IMG/VR virus record: IMGVR_UViG_3300049733_000582
Reading direction: 5' to 3' (one strand)
DNA from: an uncultured virus (IMG/VR IMGVR_UViG_3300049733_000582)
Lineage: Duplodnaviria > Heunggongvirae > Uroviricota > Caudoviricetes
Length of the DNA: 64,000 bases
Positions 1-9,722 of the stretch are shown here, one piece after another. The notes under the pieces are model-generated. The model did no database searches and was not told the origin of the DNA. It saw only the letters and a program-made list of their open reading frames with translations. The position numbers and the translations under genes were made by a program. How positions within the stretch are numbered: the first letter of the stretch is position 1; the number at the start of each line of letters is the position of its first letter.

Positions 1-158
1 GGAACCCGCAGGTGCGGGAGGGGGTGGCCCGGTTCCTGGGGTCGCTGGGTCCCGCGGCGCGGGAAGCCGCGGTTCCGTTGGAGCGGGCCTGCTCCGATCC
101 GAACTGGCGCGTCCGCGCCGCCGCCCGGGAGGCTCTCCCGCGGGTGCAGGCCAAATAG
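1..158 (+). CDS. HEAT-repeat protein, 3' end (partial, host)
   Basis: Frame 3 reads NPQVREGVARFLGSLGPAAREAAVPLERACSDPNWRVRAAAREAL..., a HEAT_2-like pattern, ending at TAG 156-158. Confidence 0.65.
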   Translation, partial: NPQVREGVARFLGSLGPAAREAAVPLERACSDPNWRVRAAAREALPRVQAK

Positions 159-275
159 CGGAGCCGGCCGCCGCGGCCGTTTCAGAACGAGCCCGGCGAT
201 CCGTCCGGAGCGAGCCGCCTGTCGTACCTTTCCGGTGAGGAAGAAAGGTCGTGCGCTGATGGGGGTGAACTTCCG

Positions 276-611
276 ATGCAGCACGCGAGCACGACGAATC
301 GCATCGTCCGAGGGCTGGTCCAGGCGAACCTCGAGATGCTGGAGCGGCAAGGGCGCCTGGAGGGGCTGCGAGGGCGGATCCTGCACGTCCTCGGCGTCTT
401 CGGAGCCCAGTACCTCAACGACCTCCGCTTTCTCCTCGACGGCCCGACGATGGAGGAGGTGTACGCCGTGGTCTTCGATCTCGAGGACCAGGGCCGGATC
501 GAAGCCGTCGGGTCCGCGGCCCGGCACCACGGGAACGACGAGCCGTGCGCCCGGTACGCCCTGAAGTCCCCTCCGGAGGACGAGGAGCAGGAGGCGTTCG
601 CGGCGGGCTGA
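276..611 (+). CDS. hypothetical protein (possible winged-helix)
   Basis: 111-aa ORF with GC3-biased codons and protein-like composition. Confidence 0.55.
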   Translation: MQHASTTNRIVRGLVQANLEMLERQGRLEGLRGRILHVLGVFGAQYLNDLRFLLDGPTMEEVYAVVFDLEDQGRIEAVGSAARHHGNDEPCARYALKSPPEDEEQEAFAAG

Positions 612-678
612 CGGGACCGCGCGTCGAGGAGCCCGCGGCGGCCCAGGCGTGACCGGGCCGCCGCGGGGTTCGGGATCG

Positions 679-2916
679 TCAGGGGATCGTGAACGGCGCG
701 GCGGGCGAGATCGTCGAGAACGGGCAGCCGCCGCCGCCGGGGAGCGTCACGAACGCGAGGTACACCGTGATCGCGCTGCCTCCGAGCCCGGACGGCACCA
801 CCACGGCCAGCGGCGAGTTGTTCGTCGCCGGCCAGCCCTCGATCTGGCCGAAGCCGTCGAGCGGGCCGGAGTTGCCGGGAGTGATGATCCCCGCGCCGTT
901 CAGCTGGAGGACCAGCACCATCAGCGGGTCGAGGTTGAGCGGGATCGTGCCGCAGGCGCCGAGCGGGATCCCCGGGATGCTTCCCAGCGCCATCGCGAGC
1001 ACGTAGAGCCGGTTGGCGTCCGGGAGCCCGCCGCCGAGGCAGACCGGCACGACGGACGGACTGGCCGGGGCGGCCTGGTAGAGGATCGGGCCCGCGCCCG
1101 CGAAGGTGCGCGTGGTGTTCGCGAGGTCGAAGGGCGACGCGGTCGTGAACAGCTCGAAGATCGCCCGTTCGGTCCCCGTGCCCCAGCTCATCTGGTTGGA
1201 CAGGTTCGACTGGATCTCGGCGCCGGTGGTCTTGTCCCCTCCGGCGGAGTAGCCGACCAGGCAGTCCCGCACGCTCATCGCCCCGTAGGTCAGCGAGAAG
1301 CTCCCGTTGAAGTACAGGGTGATCGAGAAGGTGTTCAGGACGCTCTGGCCGGACTCGTACACGTTGTAGGCGGCGGTGACGCTGTTCGCGCTCGAGGAAA
1401 CGCTGATCGAGCCCTCCGGCGTATAGGAGGGCCGGTAGGCGGCGGCGGTCAGATCGTCCCAGGCGCCGCAGATCCGGGGGAACAGGCTCAGGTGCTCCAT
1501 CGTCGCCTCGGTGAGGTCGAGGTCCACGCCCCCGAGAGAGAGATGACCGTCGGACCGGACGAAGACCGAGCCGTACTTCCCGCCGGCGAACTGGATCGAG
1601 CCGCTGGGCAGCAGGTACTCGTACGCATCGTCGTCGCCGAGCGGGATCGGCGAGCTGTTCGCGGTGTGGTTCGCGTTCCAGTTGATCGTTCCCGTGTAGG
1701 GGAAGCCCATGATCAGCGGGTAGTCGAACACCGCGACCGGAGCCGTGTTGATGGGGGAGGCGGGGAGCGGGGCCGCGGGCTCAGTCCCGGTGGTCACCGG
1801 GTAGCCGCCCGTCTGGCCGACGACGATGTTGGTGACGGTTCCGGGCGGGTTGGGTGCGATCACGCCGTAGTTGTAGGAGAACGTGCCGTCGCTGTTGAAG
1901 GTCACGCTGAAGCTGTTGAGCGAGCCCGGCAGGGCGAAGTACGGCACGTTGGTCCAGGCCACGGTCGTGGACGAGGCGGTCTGCGACACGACGATCGTGC
2001 CGTCGGAGCCCGGGTACCCGCTGAGGTCCGGCTGGAGGTCGCTCCAGGCGACCGACAGGGAACCCGCCAGGCTCAGGAAATCGAGCGGAGTCGGGGCGTA
2101 CGTGTAGTCCGTGTACGCAAAGTTGATTACGCCGTTGGATTGCACGTGGAACGAGGTGTAGCGGTTCCCATGGAAGGGGAAGGTCCAGCCCGGGAGGCTG
2201 ATCTCCACCTCGTCGTCGTCATAGAAGGTGAGCCGGCCCGACGTGGGGAGCGTGGGGGCGAAGCGCAGGCAGCGGTTCGCGAGCGCGCCCGCCGTGGAGG
2301 CCGGCGAGAAGAACTGGTACATCCCGGCCTCGGTCCCCGTGCCGATGAGGGCCGGGCACTGGGGGGCCGTCGTGAAGTCGGTCACGGTCCCGACGCCCGC
2401 CGTGTTGGCGTTGCCCGTGCTGAAGCCGACGAAGGCGGCCGCGGTGGCGCTGAGCGGGGTCGGGTTCAGGTTCCCGTACACGAAGTCGAAGGTCCCGTCC
2501 GTGCGCAGGATGCAGCTCACGGTGTTGAGGTTGGCCGGGTTGCCCGCGGCCGGGACGTTGCTCCAGCGGAACTCGAACTCGGTCGCGCTGATCCGTCCCG
2601 CGGTCACGCGTCCGCCGAGGCTCGGGTCGAGGTCGACCCAGAGCGGAGCGATCCTTGGCACGTCGGCGAGGAGGTCCGCGGGGGGGCTCGTGGCGTTCGG
2701 GGCCGACGTGGTCGTGTACTGGAAGCACAGGAGCCCGTTCGCGGTGATGAAGCAGCTCTTGTAGCGGACTCCGCCGACCGGGAATCCGAAGTCCTCCGGA
2801 AAGACCACCTGGCGCGAGCCGAAGTTCGTGAAGGGAAGGTTCGAAGGCAAGCGGGCGCGACCGGCCTCCGCAGGAAGCGCGATGCCCCCCAGCAGCAGTG
2901 CAATCCAGGGTCTCAT
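679..2916 (-). CDS. secreted protein with three nidogen/NIDO-like repeats, paralog 1
   Basis: Signal peptide MRPWIALLLGGIALPAEA; three repeats of F-P-F-x-G-x-x-Y...NG...(A/P)xWxDL; C-terminal IPLNLDPL domain; GGAGG RBS. Confidence 0.8.
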   Translation of the reverse strand: MRPWIALLLGGIALPAEAGRARLPSNLPFTNFGSRQVVFPEDFGFPVGGVRYKSCFITANGLLCFQYTTTSAPNATSPPADLLADVPRIAPLWVDLDPSLGGRVTAGRISATEFEFRWSNVPAAGNPANLNTVSCILRTDGTFDFVYGNLNPTPLSATAAAFVGFSTGNANTAGVGTVTDFTTAPQCPALIGTGTEAGMYQFFSPASTAGALANRCLRFAPTLPTSGRLTFYDDDEVEISLPGWTFPFHGNRYTSFHVQSNGVINFAYTDYTYAPTPLDFLSLAGSLSVAWSDLQPDLSGYPGSDGTIVVSQTASSTTVAWTNVPYFALPGSLNSFSVTFNSDGTFSYNYGVIAPNPPGTVTNIVVGQTGGYPVTTGTEPAAPLPASPINTAPVAVFDYPLIMGFPYTGTINWNANHTANSSPIPLGDDDAYEYLLPSGSIQFAGGKYGSVFVRSDGHLSLGGVDLDLTEATMEHLSLFPRICGAWDDLTAAAYRPSYTPEGSISVSSSANSVTAAYNVYESGQSVLNTFSITLYFNGSFSLTYGAMSVRDCLVGYSAGGDKTTGAEIQSNLSNQMSWGTGTERAIFELFTTASPFDLANTTRTFAGAGPILYQAAPASPSVVPVCLGGGLPDANRLYVLAMALGSIPGIPLGACGTIPLNLDPLMVLVLQLNGAGIITPGNSGPLDGFGQIEGWPATNNSPLAVVVPSGLGGSAITVYLAFVTLPGGGGCPFSTISPAAPFTIP

Positions 2917-3037
2917 CCTGGCACCTCCAGATTCCTTTGGTGTGGAAAGGCTCGTCCTCTCGTCGTGTCCCTGTTCCGGTCAGCGAGGACCCCGCGGCGG
3001 CGCACAGGGGACGCGCGCCGCCGCGGGGTCGGGATCG

Positions 3038-5281
3038 TCAGGGGATCGTGAACGGCGCGGCGGGCGAGATCGTCGAGAACGGGCAGCCGCCGCCGCCGGG
3101 GAGCGTCACGAAGGCCAGGTAGAGGGTGATCGCGCTGCCTCCGAGCCCGGACGGCACCACCACGGCCAGCGGCGAGTTGTTCGTCGCCGGCCAGCCCTCG
3201 ATCTGGCCGAACCCGTCGAGCGGGCCGGAGATGCCGGGCGTGATGATCCCCGCGCCGTTCAGCTGGAGGACCAGCACCATCAGCGGGTCGAGGTTGAGCG
3301 GGATCGTGCCGCAGGCGCCGAGCGGGATCCCCGGGATGCTCCCCAGCGCCATCGCGAGCACGTAGAGCCGGTTGGCGTCCGGCAGCCCGCCGCCGAGGCA
3401 GACCGGCACCGTGGAGGGGCTCGCCGGCACGCCCTGGTAGATGATCGGACCCGCGCCCGCGAACGTGCGCGTGGTGTTCGCGAGGTCGAAGGGCAACGCG
3501 GTCGTGAACAGCTCGAAGAGCGCGCGTTCCGTCCCGGTCCCCCAGCTCGACTGGTTGGACAGGTTCGACTGGGTCTCGGTCCCGGTGGTCTTGTCGCCTC
3601 CGGCGGAGTAGCCGACCAGGCAGTCCCGCACGCTCATCGCGCCGTAGGTCAGCGAGAAGCTCCCGTTGAAGTTCAGCGTGATCGAGAAGCTGTTCGGGGG
3701 GGTGGTGAGGCCGCTCTCGAAGACGTTGTAGGTGGCGGTGACGCTGCTCGCGGTCGAGGAGACGGCGATCGAGCCTTCCGGCATGTACGAAGGGCCGTAG
3801 GCGGCGGCGGTCAGGTCGTCCCAGGCGCCGCAGATCCGGGGGAACAGGCTCAGGTGCTCCTGGACCGCCTCGGAGAGGTCGATGTCGACGCCTCCGAGCG
3901 ACAGGTAGCCGTCGGACCGCACGAAGACCGAGCCGTACCTCCCGCCCGCGAACTGGATCGTGCCGCTGGGCAGCGGGTACTCGTACGAGTCGTCGTCGCC
4001 GAGCGGGATCGCCGAGCTGTTCGCGGTGTGGTTCGCGTTCCAGTTGATCGTTCCCGTGTAGGGGAAGCTGCCGATCAGCGGGTAGTCGTACACCGCGACC
4101 GGCGCGGTGTTGATGGGGGAGGCGGGGAGCGGAGCCGGGGGCTCGCCCCCCGAGGTCACGGGGTAGCCGCCGGTCTGGCCGACGACGATGTTGGTGGCGG
4201 TGCCGGGCGGGGTCGTCCCGATCACGCCGTAGTTGTAGGAGAACGTGCCGTCGCTGTTGAAGGTCACGCTGAAGGTGTTCGTGGAGCCGGTCACGCCGTA
4301 GTACGGCACGTTGGTCCAGGCCACGGTCGCGGACGTGCCGGTCTGCGACACGGCGATCGTGCCGGCGGAGCCCGGCGGCCCGTTGAGATCCGGCTGGAGG
4401 TCGCTCCAGGCGACCGACAGCGAGCCAGCCAGGCTCAGGAAGTCGACCGGAGCCGGACCGTAGGTGTAGTCCGTGTAGGCGAAGTTGATGACGCCGTTGG
4501 TGTGGACGTGGAAGGAGGTGTAGCGGTTCCCGTGGAACGGGAAGGTCCAGCCCGGGAGGCTGATCTCCACCTCGTCGTCGTCGTAGAAGGTGAGCCGGCC
4601 CGACGTCGGGAGCGTGGGAGCGAAGCGCAGGCAGCGGTTCGCGAGCGCGCCCGCGGCGGAGGCCGGGGAGAAGAACTGGTACATCCCGGCCTCGGTCCCC
4701 GTGCCGATGAGGGCCGGGCACTGGGGGGCCATCGTGAAGTCGGTCACGGTCCCGACGCCGGCCGTGTTGGCGTTGCCCGTGCTGAAGCCGACGTAGGCGG
4801 CCGCGGTGGCGCTGAGCGGGGTCGGGTTCAGGTTCCCGTAGACGAAGTCGAAGGTCCCGTCGGTGCGCAGGATGCAGCTCACCGTGTTGAGGTTCGCCGG
4901 GTTGCCCGCGGCGGGGACGTTGCCCCAGCGGAACTCGAACTCGGTCGCGCTGATCCGTCCCGCGGTCACGCGGCCGCCCAGAGTCGGGTCGAGATCGACC
5001 CAGAGCGGCGCGATGCGCGGCATGTCGGCGAGGAGCTGCGAGGGCGGGGTCGTGGCGGTCGGGGCCGACGTGGTCGTGTACTGGAAGCACAGGAGCCCGT
5101 TCGCGGTGATGAAGCAGCTCTTGTAGTGCACGCCGCCGAACGGAAAGCTGAAGTCCTGCGGGAAGACCACCTGGCGCGAGCCGGAGGTCCCGAAGGTGAG
5201 GTTCGACGGCAGCCGGATGCGACCCGCCTCGGCCGTCGAAAGCGCGATTCCCGTGAGGAGAACGGCAACCCGGAATCTCAT
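3038..5281 (-). CDS. secreted protein with three nidogen/NIDO-like repeats, paralog 2
   Basis: Highly similar to paralog 1; ATG at 5281 (MRFRVAVLL) preceded by GGAGGTG. Confidence 0.8.
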   Translation of the reverse strand: MRFRVAVLLTGIALSTAEAGRIRLPSNLTFGTSGSRQVVFPQDFSFPFGGVHYKSCFITANGLLCFQYTTTSAPTATTPPSQLLADMPRIAPLWVDLDPTLGGRVTAGRISATEFEFRWGNVPAAGNPANLNTVSCILRTDGTFDFVYGNLNPTPLSATAAAYVGFSTGNANTAGVGTVTDFTMAPQCPALIGTGTEAGMYQFFSPASAAGALANRCLRFAPTLPTSGRLTFYDDDEVEISLPGWTFPFHGNRYTSFHVHTNGVINFAYTDYTYGPAPVDFLSLAGSLSVAWSDLQPDLNGPPGSAGTIAVSQTGTSATVAWTNVPYYGVTGSTNTFSVTFNSDGTFSYNYGVIGTTPPGTATNIVVGQTGGYPVTSGGEPPAPLPASPINTAPVAVYDYPLIGSFPYTGTINWNANHTANSSAIPLGDDDSYEYPLPSGTIQFAGGRYGSVFVRSDGYLSLGGVDIDLSEAVQEHLSLFPRICGAWDDLTAAAYGPSYMPEGSIAVSSTASSVTATYNVFESGLTTPPNSFSITLNFNGSFSLTYGAMSVRDCLVGYSAGGDKTTGTETQSNLSNQSSWGTGTERALFELFTTALPFDLANTTRTFAGAGPIIYQGVPASPSTVPVCLGGGLPDANRLYVLAMALGSIPGIPLGACGTIPLNLDPLMVLVLQLNGAGIITPGISGPLDGFGQIEGWPATNNSPLAVVVPSGLGGSAITLYLAFVTLPGGGGCPFSTISPAAPFTIP

Positions 5282-5342
5282 GCTGGGCACCTCCAGAGGG
5301 CGGCGGCCGCGTGCGAGCGGGCCGCCGCGGGAAACGGGAACA

Positions 5343-7580
5343 TCAGGGGATCGTGAACGGCGCGGCGGGCGAGATCGTCGAGAACGGGCAGCCGCCGCCG
5401 CCGGGGAGCGTCACGAACGCGAGGTACACCGTGATCGCGCTGCCTCCGAGCCCGGACGGCACCACGACGGCCAGCGGCGAGTTGTTCGTCGCCGGCCAGC
5501 CCTCGATCTGGCCGAACCCGTCGAGCGGGCCGGAGATGCCGGGCGTGATGATCCCCGCGCCGCTCAGCTGGAGGATCAGCACCATCAGCGGGTCGAGGTT
5601 GAGCGGGATCGTGCCGCAGGCGCCGAGCGGGAGGCCCGGCACGCTCCCCAGGGACATCGCGAGCACGTAGAGCTTGTTGGCGTCCGGCAGCCCGCCGCCC
5701 AGGCAGACCGGCACGACGGACGGGCTGGCCGGCGCGGCCTGGTAGAGGATCGGGCCCGCGCCCGCGAACGTGCGCGTGGTGTTGGCGAGATCGAAGGTCG
5801 ACGCGATCGTGAACTGCTCGAAGACCGCGCGTTCGGTCCCGGTCCCCCAGCTCATCTGGCTGGACAGGTTCGAGGAGGTCTCGGCGCCGGTGGTCTTGTC
5901 CCCTCCGGCGGAGTAGCCGACCAGGCAGTCCCGCACGCCCATCGCTCCATAGGTCAGCGAGAAGCTCCCGTTGAAGCTCAGCGTGATCGAGAAGGTGTTC
6001 AGCACGCTCTGGCCGGTCTCGAAGACGTTGTAGGTGGCGGTGACGCTGCTCGGGGTCGAGGTGACGCTGATCGAGCCTTCCGGCGTATAGGAGGGCCCGA
6101 AGGCGGCGGCGGTCAGGTCGTCCCAGGCGCCGCAGATCCGGGGGAACAGGCTCAGGTGCTCGGGCGTGGATTCGATGATGTCGATGTCCGCGCCCCCGAG
6201 CGACAGGTAGCCGTCGGACCGGACGAACACCGAGGCATACTTCCCGCCGGCGAACTGGATCGTGCCGCTCGGCAGCAGGTACTCGTACGAATCGTCGTCG
6301 CCGAGCGGGATCGGCGAGCTGTTCGCGGTGTGGTTCGCGTTCCAGTGGATCGTTCCCGTGTAGGGGAAGCTGGTGATCAGCGGGTAATCGAACACCGCGA
6401 CCGGCGCCGTGTTGATGGGGGAGGTGGGGAGCGGGGCCGCGAGCTCGGTCCCCGTGGTCACCGGGTAGCCGCCGGTCTGGCCGACGACGATGTTGGTGGC
6501 GGTGGTGGGCGGTGTGTTCGAGATCACGCCGTAGTTGTAGGAGAACGTGCCGTCGCTGTTGAACGTCACGCTGAACGTGCTGGTGGAGCCGGTCACGCCG
6601 TAGTAGGGCACGTTGGTCCAGGCCACGGTCGTGGACGTGGAGGTCTGCGACACGGCGATCGTGCCGGCGGAGCCCGCCCGTCCGTTGAGATCCGGCTGGA
6701 GGTCGCTCCAGGCGACCGACAGGCCGCCCCCGTGACCGAGGAAGTCCGCCGGGAAGGGGCCGTAGGTGAAGTCCGAGTAGGCGAAGTTCACGCTGCCGTT
6801 GGAGTGCACGTGGAAGGACGTGTAGCGGTTCCCGTGGAACGGGAAGGTCCAGCCCGGGAGGGCGACCTCCACGTCGTCGTCGTCGAAGAGGGTGAGCCGG
6901 CCCGAGGCGGGCAGGGCGGGGGCGAAGCGCAGGCACCGGTTCGCGAGCGCGCCCGCGCCGGAGGCCGGGGAGAAGAACTGGTACATCGCGGCTTCCGTCC
7001 CGGTGCCGATGAGAGCGGGGCACTGGGGGGCCATCGTGAAGTTGGTCACGGTCCCGATGCCGGCGGTGTTGGCGTTGCCCGTGCTGAAGCCGACGAAGGC
7101 GGCCGCCTGGGCGCTCTGCGGGGTCGGGTTCAGGTTCCCGTAGACGAAGTCGAAGGTCCCGTCCGTGCGCAGGATGCAGCTCACGGTGTTGAGGTTCGCC
7201 GGGTTGCCCGCGGCCGGGACGTTGCTCCAGCGGAACTCGAACTCGGTCGCGCTGATCCGCCCCGCGGTCACGCGGCCGCCGAGGCTCGGGTCGAGATCGA
7301 CCCAGAGCGGCGCAATGCGCGGCATCTCGGCGATGAGCAGCGCGGGAGGGCTCGTTGCGCTCGGGGCGGACGTGCTCGTGTACTGGAAGCACAGGAGCCC
7401 GTTCGCGGTGATGAAGCAGCTCTTGTAGCGGACTCCGCCGAACGGGAAGCTGAAGTCCTCCGGGAAGACGACCTGGCGCTCGTCGAAGTTCCCGAAGGGG
7501 AGGTTCGCCGGCAGACGGGTGCGACCGGCCTCGGCCGGAATCGCGAGTCCGGCGAGAAGCACGGCAATCCAGGGTCTCAT
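5343..7580 (-). CDS. secreted protein with three nidogen/NIDO-like repeats, paralog 3
   Basis: Highly similar to paralogs 1 and 2; ATG at 7580 (MRPWIAVLL) preceded by GGAGGTG. Confidence 0.8.
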   Translation of the reverse strand: MRPWIAVLLAGLAIPAEAGRTRLPANLPFGNFDERQVVFPEDFSFPFGGVRYKSCFITANGLLCFQYTSTSAPSATSPPALLIAEMPRIAPLWVDLDPSLGGRVTAGRISATEFEFRWSNVPAAGNPANLNTVSCILRTDGTFDFVYGNLNPTPQSAQAAAFVGFSTGNANTAGIGTVTNFTMAPQCPALIGTGTEAAMYQFFSPASGAGALANRCLRFAPALPASGRLTLFDDDDVEVALPGWTFPFHGNRYTSFHVHSNGSVNFAYSDFTYGPFPADFLGHGGGLSVAWSDLQPDLNGRAGSAGTIAVSQTSTSTTVAWTNVPYYGVTGSTSTFSVTFNSDGTFSYNYGVISNTPPTTATNIVVGQTGGYPVTTGTELAAPLPTSPINTAPVAVFDYPLITSFPYTGTIHWNANHTANSSPIPLGDDDSYEYLLPSGTIQFAGGKYASVFVRSDGYLSLGGADIDIIESTPEHLSLFPRICGAWDDLTAAAFGPSYTPEGSISVTSTPSSVTATYNVFETGQSVLNTFSITLSFNGSFSLTYGAMGVRDCLVGYSAGGDKTTGAETSSNLSSQMSWGTGTERAVFEQFTIASTFDLANTTRTFAGAGPILYQAAPASPSVVPVCLGGGLPDANKLYVLAMSLGSVPGLPLGACGTIPLNLDPLMVLILQLSGAGIITPGISGPLDGFGQIEGWPATNNSPLAVVVPSGLGGSAITVYLAFVTLPGGGGCPFSTISPAAPFTIP

Positions 7581-7770
7581 GGTGGCACCTCCGGAGTCGG
7601 TTCGTCCCGAGAGAGGGGGCCTCTCGCTGTCCCGAGTCCTGCGTGCCCGGTGTCCTGCGCCCGGGCGTCCTGGAAGCTGTCCCACATCCAGGCGCCGCCG
7701 ATGATCGTTCGGAGCCGGGGCCGAGTCAAGCGGCGGGGAGGGACCGCGACGCTCGCTCGTGGGAGAGGAG

Positions 7771-7814
7771 TGGTACCGGGGGACGGACTTGAACCGTCGA
7801 CCTTGGGGTTATGA
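7771..7814 (-). other. prophage attachment site: displaced 3' half of a tRNA with CAT anticodon (Met or Ile2)
   Basis: Minus strand TCATAA-CCCCA-AGGTC-GACGG-TTCAAGT-CCGTC-CCCCGGT-A-CCA gives anticodon loop, T arm, acceptor 3' strand and CCA; no D arm or 5' acceptor strand upstream; adjacent to integrase. Confidence 0.85.
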
Positions 7815-7952
7815 AGCCAACGTGATTGGGCCCTGAGGTGTCGCAGAGCTAGACACCGCTCCGGTCTACGGAGAGTTCCGTGGACCGAGCCGAAGGACGC
7901 GCCCCCGCCGTAGCCGATAGATCGGTTGTCGGCATGGGATTCCGGGGGAGTC

Positions 7953-8819
7953 ATGTCGGCAGTGACCATCCGCGACTTCCACGCCGAGTGGGAGACCGCG
8001 ACCTACGCCCGGCGACGAGGCCGCTGGGTCAAGCACGACCTCACCAGACTCCGGGCTTTCCTGGACTGGATTCCCCCCAACGTCGTCTACATCCCGGAGG
8101 TGACGGCGCGCCTCGTCTCCGCGTTCCTGGCGGAGGGCAGGCTCCAGAAGGGCTGGTCACCGACGACGGTCATCCGATACCGGCAGGAGATCCACGCCTT
8201 CCTCGAGCAGGCGGTCCGGTTCGAGCTGATCGATCGGAACCCGGCCAAGCTGGTCCCGCGGCCGAAGCTGCCGCGCCGGCAGATCACCTTTCTGACGGTG
8301 CAACAGATCGGGCAGCTCCTCGAGGTCCTCGAGGGCGATCCGCTCCGTCCGCTGGTGGCGACCTGTCTCTATGCGGGACTCCGTCGCTCGGAAGCGGTCT
8401 GGCTCACGTGGGCGGACCTCGAGCTCGGCGACGAGCCGAGGCTGCACGTCCGGGCCAAGACGGTCGAGGGCGAGAGCTGGGTGCCCAAGACAGGCGACGA
8501 TCGCACCGTTCCGATCTCCCAGCGCCTCATGGCCCTCCTCCTGCAAGTCCCCCGAGTCAATCAGACCTGGGTCTTTGCATCTCCTCGGGGCGGTCGCTGG
8601 CACGAGGACTCGATCACCCATCGACTGAGGCGCGTCCTTCGCGCGGCGAAGCTCCCGTGGCGGCTCATGGACTGCCGGCATACCGCCGGGTCACAGTGGG
8701 TGCAGAGGGGGGTCCCCCTGCTCTCCGTGTCGAAGCTACTGGGGAACAGCTACCAGGTAGCCGAGCGGTTCTACTGCCACCTGCAGCCGAACCGGATGCG
8801 CTCCGAGGTCGAGTATTAG
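7953..8819 (+). CDS. tyrosine recombinase/integrase
   Basis: YAGLRRSE (catalytic R), DCRHT, LLGN, FY near C-terminus; SAM-like N-terminal part; RBS GGGGGAG before ATG 7953. Confidence 0.9.
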   Translation: MSAVTIRDFHAEWETATYARRRGRWVKHDLTRLRAFLDWIPPNVVYIPEVTARLVSAFLAEGRLQKGWSPTTVIRYRQEIHAFLEQAVRFELIDRNPAKLVPRPKLPRRQITFLTVQQIGQLLEVLEGDPLRPLVATCLYAGLRRSEAVWLTWADLELGDEPRLHVRAKTVEGESWVPKTGDDRTVPISQRLMALLLQVPRVNQTWVFASPRGGRWHEDSITHRLRRVLRAAKLPWRLMDCRHTAGSQWVQRGVPLLSVSKLLGNSYQVAERFYCHLQPNRMRSEVEY

Positions 8820-9173
8820 AAACGACCCCGCCCCGCTTGGGCGCGGGTCTCTCTATCCGATCCCCCGAGGGCGCGGGCCGAGCAGCTCTACGTGACACCC
8901 CGAGCGGCTCTCGCGTAACGTTCCCTCATTCTGGGCCCGGTCCTCGGGGGCTTTCCCTCGCCACCCACCACAAAGAATCCCGCCCGCGTCGGGCCGACCT
9001 CCCCGCCGGGGCCGTCTCTCCCCCCGGCAACCGCCTTCGCCATACGTCAACGATCGGGACACCCCGACGCGGGCGGTCCTTGCAGACCCGGGGAGGGGCG
9101 CCGCTTAAGGGACGGGGGGAGTCCACCCTTCGGACTGATCTTTCTTCGGCGCTCCTCCCCATTTCAGTTGCAT

Positions 9174-9202
9174 TTGACATACGTATATACGTAGAGTATA
9201 CT
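9174..9202 (+). promoter_or_regulatory. sigma70-type promoter for early operon
   Basis: TTGACA (9174-9179), 17 nt, TATACT (9197-9202); palindrome ACGTATATACGT in the spacer. Confidence 0.75.
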
Positions 9203-9235
9203 TCACACGGGTTACGGAGCATAGGAGTGTGAAGT

Positions 9236-9481
9236 ATGGCTGCACGAAAGCTGGACCGGCCGACGCCCGCGAGCCTGCGCCCGTTCTTGGCGATGACGCA
9301 CTCGATGCGGAACGACGGGGAGCGGGGCGGCCCGCGACACCTCTGCGACCGCTGCTCCTACGAGGAGCGGGTCGATTCCGCCTGGACGGGCGCCTCGGTG
9401 GCGCAGGACTTTCGCGGCTACGGGCAGGCCGGGATCGTGCCGGCCTACGTGCGGGAGGAGGAGGGGTGCGCCCGTGATTGA
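9236..9481 (+). CDS. phage hypothetical protein
   Basis: AGGAG RBS, first of an overlapping gene series. Confidence 0.55.
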   Translation: MAARKLDRPTPASLRPFLAMTHSMRNDGERGGPRHLCDRCSYEERVDSAWTGASVAQDFRGYGQAGIVPAYVREEEGCARD

Positions 9482-9722
9482 GCAGGAGTTGGCCGAGTTC
9501 CGCCGCATCCTCCGGGCGTTCCGGTCCGCGCGGACACCGAGAGGCGTCCACTACGCGATCGAGGCCAGCAACTACGACGACGCCTGCACGGTCCACCGGG
9601 ATGGGGCGCTGGTTCAGAGCGACGGGTCGCCGCTCGTCTTCGAGACCGAGGTCGATGCGCGCGAGTGGTGCGCGCGTGATGCCGTGAGTGCGGCGCTCGC
9701 GTCGGGAGGCGCCCGTGAGTAA
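9474..9722 (+). CDS. phage hypothetical protein
   Basis: Overlap-coupled ORF with GGAGG RBS. Confidence 0.6.
   Translation: MIEQELAEFRRILRAFRSARTPRGVHYAIEASNYDDACTVHRDGALVQSDGSPLVFETEVDAREWCARDAVSAALASGGARE

Noticed and set aside
649..7814. Very long + strand ORFs (800, 842, 872 aa) and alternate-frame minus ORFs
   Set aside because: Arg/Gly-rich shadows of the GC3-biased NIDO-repeat genes; no motifs or RBS
7771..7846. Complete tRNA-Met gene
   Set aside because: Only the 3' half is present; no D arm, and the 5' anticodon and acceptor strands do not pair
8926..9222. Minus-strand ORF as a CI-like repressor
   Set aside because: No HTH or peptidase signature; low-complexity translation that overlaps the promoter
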